Assembly: GCA_963797495.1 (NCBI GenBank)
Contig: CAWCPN010000002.1
Location: forward strand, 532,096 to 596,095
From: an uncultured Acidobacteriota bacterium
GTDB lineage: Bacteria > Acidobacteriota > Thermoanaerobaculia > UBA5066 > Gp7-AA6
DNA: 64,000 nucleotides
Reading direction: 5' to 3'
Under the pieces are notes generated by a model that saw only the letters and a list, made by a program, of their open reading frames with translations, was not told the DNA's origin and ran no database searches. The translations under genes and the position numbers were made by a program. Within the stretch, counting starts at the first letter, position 1, and the number at the start of each line of letters is the position of its first letter. This document shows positions 19,435 through 29,973 of this stretch, one piece after another.

Positions 19435-22345
19435 TATAGGGGGCCGGGGCGCTCGGCCGCGCCGGAGGGTCGCCGAGGAACCGGCCGGTCAGGCTCTTCG
19501 GATCGCGCCGGAGATCCTCGGGCGTCCCCTCGGCGACGACCCGACCGCCCTCGCTTCCACCGCCCGGACCGAGCTCGAGAATCCAGTCGGACGCCTCGAG
19601 GAACTCGAGGTGATGCTCCACCGCGAGCACGGAGTGGCCCCGCGCGATCAGTCGGCGCAGCGTCGCGAGGAGGCGATCCACGTCCCGGGCGTGAAGGCCG
19701 GTCGTCGGCTCGTCGAAGAGAAAGAGCGCGCCGCGCGCGGACGCCGGCCGGATGCCGAGGAACGCCGCGAGCTTGAGCCTCTGCGCCTCGCCGCCGGAGA
19801 GCGTCGCCGTGGGCTGACCCAGGCGCATGTACCCCAGGCCCGCTTCGCGGAGAGGCTCGAGTCGGCGCACGATCTTCTCCGCCCCCGCGAAGAAGACGGC
19901 CGCGTCGTCGATGGTCATGTCGAGCACGTCGCCGATGTTCTGGCCGCGCAGGCGGATCGCCAGCACGCGGTTCTGAAAACGCCGGCCGTCGCAGACGTCG
20001 CAGCGCACCGTGACGTCCGCCAGAAACTGCATGTCGATCGTCTGCCAGCCGGTGCCGCGGCAAGCCTCGCACCGCCCTCCGGCGGAGTTGAACGAGAAGT
20101 CGCGCGCCGAAATGCCGCGCGAAACCGCGCGCCCCGAACGGGCGAAGGCCTGCCGGATCTCGTCCCAGGCCTTGGTGTAGGTCACCGGGTTCGAGCGCGC
20201 CGAACGGCCGAGGGGACTCTGATCGACCAGGAGGAGATCCGAAATCGACGTGAGGCCGTCGATCCGGTCGTGCGCGCCGACCTCGAACTGGGCCGCGCCC
20301 TTGACCCGCCGGGCATACGCGTTGTGCAGGACGTCGCGCACCAGCGTCGACTTCCCGGACCCCGACACCCCGGCCACCGAGACGAGCCGGCCGAGGGGAA
20401 TGCGGACGGTCAGGTTCTGCAGGTTGTGTTGCCGTGCCCCGACGATGGTGATGGCGCCTTCGGCGCGCCGGAACGGAACGACGCGTCGGGACACGGCTCG
20501 CCCCGGCTCCGACCTCCGGGCCGCCGCCGCGCGCGCCCCGGATTCGGGCCTGCCGCGGCCGGCCTCCCGGCGCCGGCGCAGCAGGTCTCCGGTTGCCGAA
20601 CCCCTCACGCGGGCCAGCGCGCGCGGCGTCCCCTCGAAGAGCACCCGCCCGCCGAGGCTCCCGGCGCCCGGTCCCAGGTCGATCAGGTGGTCCGCGGCCT
20701 CCATCGCTTCCGGATCGTGCTCGACGACGACCACGGTGTTGCCGCGATCCGCCAGGCGCCGCAGAATCGCGAGCAGCCGCCGCGTGTCCACCGCATGCAG
20801 CCCGATGGTCGGCTCGTCGAGCACGTAGAGCGTCCCGGTCAGGGAGCCCCCGAGGGCCGAGGCGAGCCCGATGCGCTGCGCCTCGCCGCCGGAAAGCGTT
20901 CGGGCCGGGCGTGAGAGCGTGACGTATCCCAGGCCGACCTCGTTCATGTAGCGCACCCGCGAGCCGATTTCGGCGAGCACCGAGGAGAGCTTCGCCTGTT
21001 CGGCCGGCGTCGGCTGGAGGCCGGAGAAAAATCGCTGAATTTCCGACAGCGGAAGATCCGCCAGCTCGGCGATCGTCCGGTCCCGGAACCGGACCCAGAG
21101 AGCCGGCGGCGAGAGGCGCGAGCCACCGCAGGCTTCGCAGGGCGTGTACGCGCGGTAACGCGCCAGCAGCACGCGGACGTGGATCTTGTAGCGTTTCGTT
21201 TCCAGCCAGTCGAAGAAGCCCATGACGCCGTAGAAATCGCCGCGCCCGCGGATCAGGACTTCCCGCTCGTGGGCCGACAGGCGCGAGACCGGGACGTCCA
21301 TGCGGACCGAGTAGCGCCGGCAGGCCCGGAAGAGATCGTCGTAGGCGGATTCGTAAGCCGGCGTATTCCACGGGGCGATCGGCCGCTCGGCCAGCGTCAG
21401 GCTCCGGTCCGGGATGGCCTTTTCCAGGTCGACGCCGATGACGCGGCCGAATCCCTGGCAGGCCGGGCAGGCACCGAGCGGCGAGTTGAAGGCGAACATC
21501 GGCGGCGTCGGGTCGCGGAAGTCGCGCCCGCAGGCCGGGCAGTGCAGGCCGCGGCGGAAGACCCGAAGCCGGTCCTCGATCCGGACCTCGAGGGTGCCCG
21601 CCAGCGAAAAGGCCGTTTCGGCGGCCGCGGCGATCTCCGGGCGCGCGGATTCGCCGACCACGAAGCGTCCGACGACGATCGGCAGGCGGCCCTCCCCGTC
21701 GAGGAGCGAATCGATTTCCTCGCCGATCTCGACGGTCTCCCCTTCCGGCGTCACGGCCCGGAAGAACCCGGCGCGGCGATATTCGGCGATCCGCGCGGCA
21801 TCGGATTTGCCGCGCTTGCGGCGCCCGCCCGCCGCGGCCGGCGAGTCCTTCCAGGCGACCGGAGCGACGAGAATCGCGCGCGCGCCGGCTTCGGACGCAC
21901 AGAGCTCCTCGACGGCGCGATCCACGCCTCCGGGGACGGCGGCCCGCGCGCAATCCGGACAGACGGTCGTCCCGCCGTGCGCGAAGAGCAGTCGGAGCGC
22001 ATCGTGGATCTCGGTCTGTGTCCCCACCGTCGATCGCGCGTTGCGCACGCCGTTCTTCTGCTCGAGGGCGATGGCCGGCGGCACCGGCTCGATCGAATCG
22101 GCGTCGGGTCGATCGAGCCGCTCGAGGAACTGCCGGGCATAAGTCGACAGCGACTCCGCGTAGCGCCGCTGGCCCTCGGCGTAGAGCGTGTCGAACGCGA
22201 GCGACGACTTCCCGGAGCCGGACACGCCGGTAATGACGGTCAGCCGGCCGATGGGAATGTCGACCGAGACGTTCTGGAGATTGTGCGTCCGCGCGCCCCG
22301 GATGCGGATCGACGGAGCGGCGGGGTTTTTCGACGTGCGCTTCAA
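19415..22345 (-). CDS. uvrA: Excinuclease ABC subunit A
   Basis: Two ABC modules (GVSGSGKSSL, GVSGSGKSTL), zinc-finger cysteine clusters and LSGGEAQR signatures, in 976 aa intact. Confidence 0.95.
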   Translation of the reverse strand: MKRTSKNPAAPSIRIRGARTHNLQNVSVDIPIGRLTVITGVSGSGKSSLAFDTLYAEGQRRYAESLSTYARQFLERLDRPDADSIEPVPPAIALEQKNGVRNARSTVGTQTEIHDALRLLFAHGGTTVCPDCARAAVPGGVDRAVEELCASEAGARAILVAPVAWKDSPAAAGGRRKRGKSDAARIAEYRRAGFFRAVTPEGETVEIGEEIDSLLDGEGRLPIVVGRFVVGESARPEIAAAAETAFSLAGTLEVRIEDRLRVFRRGLHCPACGRDFRDPTPPMFAFNSPLGACPACQGFGRVIGVDLEKAIPDRSLTLAERPIAPWNTPAYESAYDDLFRACRRYSVRMDVPVSRLSAHEREVLIRGRGDFYGVMGFFDWLETKRYKIHVRVLLARYRAYTPCEACGGSRLSPPALWVRFRDRTIAELADLPLSEIQRFFSGLQPTPAEQAKLSSVLAEIGSRVRYMNEVGLGYVTLSRPARTLSGGEAQRIGLASALGGSLTGTLYVLDEPTIGLHAVDTRRLLAILRRLADRGNTVVVVEHDPEAMEAADHLIDLGPGAGSLGGRVLFEGTPRALARVRGSATGDLLRRRREAGRGRPESGARAAAARRSEPGRAVSRRVVPFRRAEGAITIVGARQHNLQNLTVRIPLGRLVSVAGVSGSGKSTLVRDVLHNAYARRVKGAAQFEVGAHDRIDGLTSISDLLLVDQSPLGRSARSNPVTYTKAWDEIRQAFARSGRAVSRGISARDFSFNSAGGRCEACRGTGWQTIDMQFLADVTVRCDVCDGRRFQNRVLAIRLRGQNIGDVLDMTIDDAAVFFAGAEKIVRRLEPLREAGLGYMRLGQPTATLSGGEAQRLKLAAFLGIRPASARGALFLFDEPTTGLHARDVDRLLATLRRLIARGHSVLAVEHHLEFLEASDWILELGPGGGSEGGRVVAEGTPEDLRRDPKSLTGRFLGDPPARPSAPAPYNATEAP

Positions 22346-22388
22346 ACGATCGAATGTACCAGAACGCCCGGCCGGGGCGGTACCGGGC

Positions 22389-24725
22389 TCACTGGGTCCC
22401 TGCGGGATGCCCGCCCCGATGCCGGGGACAGACCATGATCGGCGCCGTGCCTTCGATGAAGACCTCGGTCATCGTCCGCGGGCATCCCGGCGCCGCCAGA
22501 AAGCCCGTGTCGGGATCGATCTCCGCGGTGACGATGTCGGAGGGAACCGGAAACGACTCCGCGAACAACTGGGCCGGGACCGAGCGGGAGAAATCCGCGA
22601 AGATGGGAACGGCGGCCTGGGTTCCCGACAGGTTCAATCCGCGATTGTCGTCGTAGCCGACCCAGACGACCGACAGGAACCGTGGAGAGAACCCGACGAA
22701 CCACGCGTCGCGTCCATCGTTGGTCGTGCCCGTCTTCCCCGCCAGCACGCCGCGCAACCCGCGGGCCCGGGCCCCGGCGCCCGTGCCGCGGCTGGCGGCG
22801 CCCTGGAGGATCGAATTGACCAGAAAGACCGCGTCGGCGGGAAGCGAAGGCATCAACTGCGTCGCCTTCCGGTCGAGGACCCGGCCCTCGCCGGTCATCA
22901 CGCCCACGATCGCATTGGGCGCCACGCGGACCCCACTGTTGGCCAGAGCGCCGTAGGCTCCGGCGATTTCCATGGGCGAGGTCTCGAAGGCGCCCAGCGC
23001 CACGGACGGATAGGCGCGCAGCCGCGAGGCGATGCCGGCATCGCGCGCCGCCGCGACGACGTACGGGAGCCCGGCCTGGAGCGAGGCGCGCACCGTCGGG
23101 ACGTTGATCGACTGCTCGAGCGCCTGGCGCGCCGTCATCCGGCCCCGGTAGTCATTGTCGTAGTTGCGCGGCGTCCACTGCTCCTCGTCCGTCCGGCTGC
23201 CCCACTCGACGACGATCGGCGTGTCCATGAGCACGGTGGCCGGCGTCACCGGCGGGTCCAGGTCGCGGCGGGCGAAGGCCGCGAGGTACACGAACGGCTT
23301 GAAGAGACTCCCGGGCTGGCGATGGGCCTGCGTCACGCGGTTGAACTGCGAGAGGCCGTAGTCCCGCCCGCCCACGAGCGCCCGAACGCTGCCGGACTGG
23401 GGTTCGATGGCGATGAGCGCGCCCTGGAGGGGTGCCTGCTTGGACGCCGAAGCCAGCCGCCGATAGTTCTTCTCGAGCGTCTCGAGCCCCCGGGTCACGG
23501 CGCGCTGCGCCGCCTGCTGCAGGTCGACGTCGAGGGTCGTGTAGATCTGGAGGCCCTCGGTCTGCAACTGCTCGCCATAGCGCTCGGCGAGCTCACCCTT
23601 GACGAAATCGACGAAGTGGGGGGCCTTGGTCCGCTCTTCGACGCGGGTCCGCGGCGTGAGCGGCTCCTCCACGGCCTGTTCCATCGCCGAGGCGTCGATC
23701 TTCCCCTCCTCCTTCATCAGGCGGAGGATCAGGTTGCGACGCTCCCGCGTGCGCTCGGGGTTGCGGAACGGCGAGTAGGCGTTGGGAGCACGGATCATTC
23801 CGGCGAGCGTCGCCGATTCGGCGAGGTCGAGGTCGGGGACCCGCTTGCCGAAGTAGTAGCGGGCGGCCTCGCCGACGCCCGTGATCGCGATCGAGCCGCG
23901 CCGGCCCAGATAGATCTCGTTGAGGTACGTTTCCAGAATCTCGTCCTTCGAATAGCGCGCGTCCAGAATCACGGCCATCACGGCCTCGTTCGCCTTTCGG
24001 CGGAGGGTGCGCTCGGGCGAGAGATACAGGTTCTTGACGAGTTGTTGCGTCAGCGTCGAGCCGCCCTGCTTCATGCCGCCGGTCAGGGTCGCGAAGAGCG
24101 CGCCGAGGAAGCGGCGCACCGACACCCCGCTGTGCCGATAGAAGTCGCGATCCTCCGTCACCAGCACCGCGTCGATGAGCGACGCCGGCGCGTCCGCGAG
24201 CCGGATCACGGTTCGGTCCTCGAGGTCGGCCGAAAAAACCGAACCGAGCAGTTCCGGCTCGAGGATCAGAGCCGGCACGTCCTGGCCGGCGGCATCGACG
24301 ATCGATTTGAGGCGCTTGCCGCTCAGGGTCAGTCGCAGGCGCCGGCCGGCGAAGCTCCGGCCGGGGTAGCGGAACGGCCGCGTATGGATCTCGACCGCGT
24401 CCTTCTCGAGGTGGTAGTGGCCGGGGCGTTCCGGCGTCGCGTCCACCGGCTGGTAGTAGAGCCGGGCGAGCTTCGACTCGAGATCCTCGGTCGTCACCGC
24501 ATCCCCCGGCCGCAGGGCGTAGAGGTCCGAGTAGATCCGCGATGGGAGGTCCCAGCGCCGACCATCGAATCGCGCCACGACCCTGGAGGTGAAGCTCGCC
24601 AGCACGAGCACCCCGCCCAGCATCAACCCGCCGAAAACGGCCAGAACCGGCTTGCGGTGCCGGTACACCCAGTGCGGCAGCGAGACCAGTTGCGCCGGAG
24701 AATTGCCGGGATTCGCGGGAGTCAC
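22389..24725 (-). CDS. Class A penicillin-binding protein (bifunctional transglycosylase/transpeptidase, PBP1A-type)
   Basis: GT51 motifs (EDRDFYRH, GGSTLTQQLVKN, RKANE), transpeptidase motifs (SLFKPF, SINV, KTGTT) and an N-terminal TM anchor. Confidence 0.9.
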   Translation of the reverse strand: MTPANPGNSPAQLVSLPHWVYRHRKPVLAVFGGLMLGGVLVLASFTSRVVARFDGRRWDLPSRIYSDLYALRPGDAVTTEDLESKLARLYYQPVDATPERPGHYHLEKDAVEIHTRPFRYPGRSFAGRRLRLTLSGKRLKSIVDAAGQDVPALILEPELLGSVFSADLEDRTVIRLADAPASLIDAVLVTEDRDFYRHSGVSVRRFLGALFATLTGGMKQGGSTLTQQLVKNLYLSPERTLRRKANEAVMAVILDARYSKDEILETYLNEIYLGRRGSIAITGVGEAARYYFGKRVPDLDLAESATLAGMIRAPNAYSPFRNPERTRERRNLILRLMKEEGKIDASAMEQAVEEPLTPRTRVEERTKAPHFVDFVKGELAERYGEQLQTEGLQIYTTLDVDLQQAAQRAVTRGLETLEKNYRRLASASKQAPLQGALIAIEPQSGSVRALVGGRDYGLSQFNRVTQAHRQPGSLFKPFVYLAAFARRDLDPPVTPATVLMDTPIVVEWGSRTDEEQWTPRNYDNDYRGRMTARQALEQSINVPTVRASLQAGLPYVVAAARDAGIASRLRAYPSVALGAFETSPMEIAGAYGALANSGVRVAPNAIVGVMTGEGRVLDRKATQLMPSLPADAVFLVNSILQGAASRGTGAGARARGLRGVLAGKTGTTNDGRDAWFVGFSPRFLSVVWVGYDDNRGLNLSGTQAAVPIFADFSRSVPAQLFAESFPVPSDIVTAEIDPDTGFLAAPGCPRTMTEVFIEGTAPIMVCPRHRGGHPAGTQ

Positions 24726-24789
24726 GGGCGCTCAGCATACCGCCCGAAATCGCGATCGCAGCCCCGGCGCCGTGTAACATCCCGCCCGC

Positions 24790-26115
24790 GTGGCCAGGAA
24801 GAAGCGCAGCAACCCGCCGACTCCGAGCCGCGACCTTCCCGCGGCGGTGGCCGGATTCGCGCTGTGCGCCGTTCTGGCCGGAACCGCGCTCGCCGTGGAC
24901 ACGCTGGCGGGTGCGGCCTTCGACGCGCCCAAGCGGTTCGTGGCGCTGGTCGGAACGGCGATCGCGGCCGCGGCCGCGCTCGCGGGAGCGGACCCGGCGA
25001 CAGGTGCCTGGCGCGGGGGGCCGGCCTTGCGCCGGGCGGCGCTGGCCACGGCGGCCTCCGCGTTCGGACTGGCGCTCCTCTCGGCCATCCTCTCCCCGCG
25101 GCGCGACCTCGCGCTCGATACGATGCGGGCGATCGGGGTCATGATCTTGCTGCTGCCTCTGGGAGCCTCACGCGTTCTGCCCCGGGCCCGGCGAGCTCTC
25201 GTCATCGTCTACCTGGGCGGCTGTGTCGTCAACGCCGGCGTGGCCGTGCTCCAGGCGACCGGCGTCTACAGCCCGTTCCGCCTCGAAACGCTGGGCGCCC
25301 GGCAGAACACCGGTGCCTTCGCCGGAAACGTCGGCTACCTCGCGATCGCGCTCGCCCTCGGGTCCGTCCTGTCGCTCGGCATTCTGGTGACCGCGAAGAG
25401 CCGGGGGCTGCGCGGGATCGCGGCCGGAGGGCTCGCCGTCCAGGCGGCGGGCCTCATCGTCAACCAGAACCTCACCGCCCTGATGGCGGTCCTCGCAGGC
25501 GCCTCGACGCTTCTGGTCCTGCGCTTTCGAAGGCGGGCGGTGGTGCCGATGGCCGCCGCGGTCGCCGCCGTCGCCGTCGCCGTCGCCGCGTACGGCCCTC
25601 TGCGTCTGCGGGCGCAGGAGCTGACGCGTGCGGCCGCCGCGAAGAACTGGGACGCCGTCGTTTCCTTCCGCGGCGGTCCGTGGGCGGCCGCCATGGAAAT
25701 GACGCGCGAGCGGCCCCTCCTCGGTTTCGGGCCGGGAACCTTCGGTGCCGAGTACGTGCCGCACCGGCTCGCCGCCGAAATCCGGGAGGGGCGCCGTTTC
25801 GTCAATCCCCTCCTGACCAGCTCGTACGCCGAGGCGCACTGTGACTATCTCCAGGTCTTCTGCGACGCCGGCGTTCCGGCGGGGCTGCTGGCGATGGGCG
25901 CCGTCGGATGCCTCGTCGCCCTCGCTCTCTCCAACGCGTGGCGCCGGCGGACGCCCGAAGCGATCGTGCTGGCTGCGATGCTCTCCACCGGCGCGGCGGC
26001 CGCTCTGACCTGGTTCCCGCTCCAGCGCCCGATCACCGCCGTGCCGCTCCTGCTCGCCGCCGGTCGCGCATGGAAGATCGCGGGCGAGCCTCCCGACGAC
26101 GGGGGGGACGGTTGA
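24790..26115 (+). CDS. O-antigen ligase / O-antigen polymerase family membrane protein
   Basis: At least 10 TM helices plus a Wzy_C-like loop (PLLGFGPGTF); GTG start. Confidence 0.75.
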   Translation: MARKKRSNPPTPSRDLPAAVAGFALCAVLAGTALAVDTLAGAAFDAPKRFVALVGTAIAAAAALAGADPATGAWRGGPALRRAALATAASAFGLALLSAILSPRRDLALDTMRAIGVMILLLPLGASRVLPRARRALVIVYLGGCVVNAGVAVLQATGVYSPFRLETLGARQNTGAFAGNVGYLAIALALGSVLSLGILVTAKSRGLRGIAAGGLAVQAAGLIVNQNLTALMAVLAGASTLLVLRFRRRAVVPMAAAVAAVAVAVAAYGPLRLRAQELTRAAAAKNWDAVVSFRGGPWAAAMEMTRERPLLGFGPGTFGAEYVPHRLAAEIREGRRFVNPLLTSSYAEAHCDYLQVFCDAGVPAGLLAMGAVGCLVALALSNAWRRRTPEAIVLAAMLSTGAAAALTWFPLQRPITAVPLLLAAGRAWKIAGEPPDDGGDG

Positions 26116-26654
26116 GGCGGCACCGCGCCCTCGTCGTGGCCGCCTCCCTCGCCGTGCTCGCCGCGCTCGTCTGGCCGGAGTTTCGCCGCTACGCGGCCGA
26201 GCGGCGCGTCGGGTTCGCAACGGCCGCGTTTCGCGAGCTTCTCGAGCGGGCGGGCGATCCCGGGGCCTCCGCGAACATTCTCGGCGTGGGCCGGCTCGCG
26301 CTTTCGGCGGTGCCGGGCCTGCCCGGCGACCCGCGGCCCTGGATCGTCGCGGGCTCGGCTTTCCTGGTGACGCGCCAACCCGAGCGGGCTCTCGAGAACT
26401 ACCGCCAGGCCCTCGCGACAGGCGAGCGGGCCGAGATCGACCTCAACCTGGGTCGGGCCTACGCGCTCGCCCGCCGCAGGGAAAGCGCCGACGCCGCGCT
26501 CCTGCGCGCCGGATGGGTCAGCCCCGAGATCCTCGCCTCGATCCCGGCGGAGTCGCGGGACCCGCTGCTCGCCCGGATCGGCCAGCTGTCGCGGGAACTG
26601 GCGGACGGGACGTTGACGGCGCCGCCGCCGCTGCCGGAACCGGAAAGGCGCTAG
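26112..26654 (+). CDS. Hypothetical membrane-anchored protein
   Basis: ORF with N-terminal TM helix and helical-repeat-like body. A TTG start overlaps the ligase stop (TTGA). No recognisable family. Confidence 0.4.
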   Translation: MRRHRALVVAASLAVLAALVWPEFRRYAAERRVGFATAAFRELLERAGDPGASANILGVGRLALSAVPGLPGDPRPWIVAGSAFLVTRQPERALENYRQALATGERAEIDLNLGRAYALARRRESADAALLRAGWVSPEILASIPAESRDPLLARIGQLSRELADGTLTAPPPLPEPERR

Positions 26655-26700
26655 CGTCCTTTCACAGAAGTCTCGTGGTCACCGCCCCCGCGACACGACG

Positions 26701-27468
26701 CTAGGCGCCGGCCCGGGGCCGGAAGATCCGGCCCGACCAGATCCCCCAGACGTGGAGCTTGTAGAGCAGCATCGTCTTGAGGATGGCCAGTCCGTAGCGC
26801 ACCGACGGGCCGAAGGCGATCTGTGAGGCCTCGTCGAAGTAGCGCGTTTCGATCGGAATCTCGCAGATCCGCAGGCCCCTGGCCATTCCCTGCGCGATGA
26901 TCTCGGTGTCGAAGACGAAACCGTCCGAGTTGGCCTCCAGGTTGACGGACTCCAGGAACTTGCGCGTGTAGGCGCGAAACCCGCTGTGGTACTCCGTCAG
27001 ATAGATCAGGAACGTCGCATTCTCGATCGCGGTCAGCAGGATGTTGCCGAGATACTTCCATTTCGGCATCCCGCCCTGGATCGGCCGTCCGCCCAGCATG
27101 CGGCTTCCGAAAGCGGCGTCGAAGCGTCCGCCCTCGAGCGCCGCGAGCAGGTGGGGAATGACGGTCGGATCGTATTGATGATCCGGGTGCACCATGATGA
27201 CGACGTCGGCGCCCCGCGCCAGGGCCGTCGCGTAGCAGGTCTTCTGGTTCCCGCCGTAGCCCCGGTTCTCTTCGTGGACGACGGTGTGGATCCCCAGCCC
27301 GCGCGCGATCTCCACGGTGCGGTCGCGCGACCGGTCGTCGACCAGAATGATGTCGTCCACGCAGTCCTTCGGGACGTCGGCGTACGTGCGCTCGAGGGTC
27401 TTCTCCGCGTTGTAGGCGGGCATGACCACGGCGACGCGCCGCCGGGAACGCGACGGCTCAGATGCCAC
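26701..27468 (-). CDS. Family 2 glycosyltransferase (dolichol-phosphate-mannose-synthase-like)
   Basis: VVMPAYNAE, ILVDDRS and a DxD-type motif in a soluble GT2 of about 255 aa. Confidence 0.85.
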   Translation of the reverse strand: MASEPSRSRRRVAVVMPAYNAEKTLERTYADVPKDCVDDIILVDDRSRDRTVEIARGLGIHTVVHEENRGYGGNQKTCYATALARGADVVIMVHPDHQYDPTVIPHLLAALEGGRFDAAFGSRMLGGRPIQGGMPKWKYLGNILLTAIENATFLIYLTEYHSGFRAYTRKFLESVNLEANSDGFVFDTEIIAQGMARGLRICEIPIETRYFDEASQIAFGPSVRYGLAILKTMLLYKLHVWGIWSGRIFRPRAGA

Positions 27469-28826
27469 GGCGGGTCAGAACGACGGGCAGCGTGCGCAGC
27501 AGAATCGCGAGGTCGAGACCGAAAGACCAGTTGTTCAAGTACGCCAGATCGTAACGCAACTTGATGTCGGGCTCCGTCGAGTACTCTCCGGACACCTGCG
27601 CGAGGCCCGTGAGCCCCGGCCGGGCGGCGTGGCGCAGCCCGTAGCCCGACACCGTGCGCGAGAATCGCTCGGCGAACTCGGGGCGCTCCGGCCGCGGCCC
27701 GACCAGGCTCATGTCCCCGCGCAGCACGTTCCAGAGCTGGGGGATCTCGTCGATCCGCGCCGCGCGCAGCGCCCGGCCGATCCCGGTCACCCGCGGATCA
27801 TCCGGAACCGCGAGCACCGCGCCGGTCTCGAGCTCCGCGCCTTCGCGCATCGTGCGGAGCTTCCACAATGCGAACGGCTTTCCGTCGCGTCCGATCCGGG
27901 TCTGGCGGAAGAAGACGCCCCCCGCGAGTCGTCGCGCCCGACGAGCACGGCCGCGAGCGCGAGCCCCGGGGCGAGGAGCAGGAGCGCGGCGGCGGCCGCA
28001 ACGAAGTCGAAGGCGCGCTTGGCGAAGGCCGCCGCGCCGTCGAGCGGCCGCACCCGCGCCTCCAGCAGGGGCAGGTCGCCCACGATCCGGAAGCGGAGCC
28101 GGCCGATCATCGTTTCGAACGGTGAGGGCCACACCAGGAGATCCGCCTCGAAGCCCTCCGGGATCTTCTCCGGGAGCCGGTCGCGCCAGGAAGGCGCCTC
28201 GGGCATCAGGATCACCTCGTCGATCCCCCGGGCCAGCGCGACCTCGATCAGCTGTTCCTCGGACCCGAGAACCGGGAGACCGTGGGCGCCGCCGGCGTCT
28301 CCCAGCACGCCCACGAGCTCGACTCCCGTCCACGGGTGCCGCCGGATGGTGTCCGCGACGAGGGCCGCGGCCGGGCCGCCGCCGACGATCATCGCCCGAC
28401 GGCGCGGCTGCGGAAACAGCCGGTCGAGCGCGGCCCGCCACAGCGCGAGCAGCGACGCCGTTGATGACGATGTAGACGATCAGCACCGAGCGCGGAAACG
28501 AGTACGGCTGGGCGAGGAAGTAGACCGACGCCAGGGTCAGGAGCTCGACGAACAGCGCCGGCAGAAGCAGACGCGCGAGGGGCTCCCGGAAACGCTCGTG
28601 ATCGCGATAGAGCCCGAAGAACCAGAGCGCGAAGGCCTGGACCGCGGCGACGAAGAGGATGTTTCCCAACGTGAAGCGGACGCTGCCGGCCGGCAGCAGG
28701 CTCAGGGTGCCCGGGAATGGAAACGTGCGTCCGCAGCAGGAAGGCGGCGTCGAGGGCCCCGACGGCGATCGCGACGTCGCCGAAGAGCGCCACCGCCCGG
28801 AACGCGGACGGGCGCCGCGCCGCCAT
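27458..28826 (-). CDS. Polyprenyl-phosphate sugar phosphotransferase (WbaP/WcaJ-like initiating transferase), with at least 3 frameshifts
   Basis: N-terminal TM segments, a CoA-binding-like Rossmann segment (IVGGGPAAALV) and a C-terminal bacterial sugar-transferase domain (FRQTRIGRDGKPF...DEIPQLWNVLRGDMSLVGPRP). These are split over three frames at about 28745, 28420 and 27915, at ggg/gggggg runs. Confidence 0.75.
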
Positions 28827-29973
28827 CAGGAACGCGCCGTCCGCGCCCAGAAAGGACGGCTGTAGCCGGAGAGACCCGCCGCGACGCCGAGCGCGAGAGC
28901 CACGTTCAACACGGCGAAATAATAGAGCCTCCCGGCCGTTCCCCGCAGGACCGGCCGGGCCCGCGCCGAGAGCCGGAGAAGGACCGCCAGGCCGAGCACC
29001 GCGGCGGCGGGCAGGCGCCAGCTCGGGAACGAAGAGCGCCGCGGCGGCGGCCGCCAGGGCCGCGACCGGCGCGAGCCAGCGCGCGGCTTTCCGCGAAGCG
29101 AACGCCAGCGTGAGGGCCGGGTGCGCCGCGGCGTTCCAGAGCCAGAGCTCGCGCCTCAGGACCTGGCCGGCCCCGATGCCGATGCGCAGCCTCCGGGCGG
29201 CCTCGGCCTCGACGTCCTTGGCCGCGTCTTCGCGGGCGACCGCGCCGTCCGCGAAGACCACGCGCGCGCCCGACCGCGCCGGCCGGACCGGGATGAGGAA
29301 GTCGTCCATCGAGGTCGTGTCGGTCGGAAGCGGCGCAGACCAGGGCCCGGCGCGCGGCGTAAATTCCACCGTTGGCGCCGAGGCACGCACCGAGCGCGCC
29401 CTCGGCCTCCTTGAGCCGCGTCTCGCGGTCCCAGTACGCCGACTCGGGCGTTGCCGGAACGCCCCCCGGCGCATCGAACACCAGCCGGCCGCATGCGGCG
29501 CCGACGCCGGGCGCGGAGAGGGCTCGCAGCAGTTCCGCGATTGCTCCGGGCTCGAAGCGGGTATTCGCGTCGGTGAAGACGAGCACCTCCGCCGTCGACG
29601 CGGCCACCAGGTCGTTGAGAACAGCGGCCTTGCCGCGGCGCTCCGGGAATTCGACGACCGACACCGCCGGAGCACCGGCCGCGGCTTCCCGCGCGCGGGC
29701 GGCCGTCGCATCGCGGCACCCGTCGCAGCCGACGGTGACGCGGTACTGCGGCAGTCCCGTCTGCGCGAGCAGGTCGCGCACCCGGGCGCCGATCACGCCC
29801 TCCTCGTCCGCCGCCGAGAGGACCACCTCTACGGAACTCGGCGGTGTCACGGAAGATGGAACCGGCGCCCGCCCCCGCCCCGCCAGCCGGAGGACGAGCG
29901 GCGGGTAGACGAGATACGACCACGCGAAAAGAAAGACCGCCACCGCCGCCAGGCCCGCGGCGACGACCGTCAC
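28826..29973 (-). CDS. Family 2 glycosyltransferase with C-terminal TM region, with at least 2 frameshifts
   Basis: N-terminal TM helix, a GT2 core (VEVVLSAADEEG, VLVFTDANTRFEP) and a C-terminal (S)RKAARWLAPV segment, with frame changes near 29330 and 28990. Confidence 0.65.

Noticed and set aside
15652-19776. 1374-aa ORF on the plus strand, with similar long antisense ORFs at 4887..7100, 22188..25844, 27422..29113 and 13148..14536
   Set aside because: These run antisense to well-supported genes (sensor GGDEF, AAA ATPase, PBP, sugar transferase, ABC ATPase). Their low-complexity Arg/Pro/Gly-rich translations are typical of spurious ORFs in roughly 70% GC DNA.
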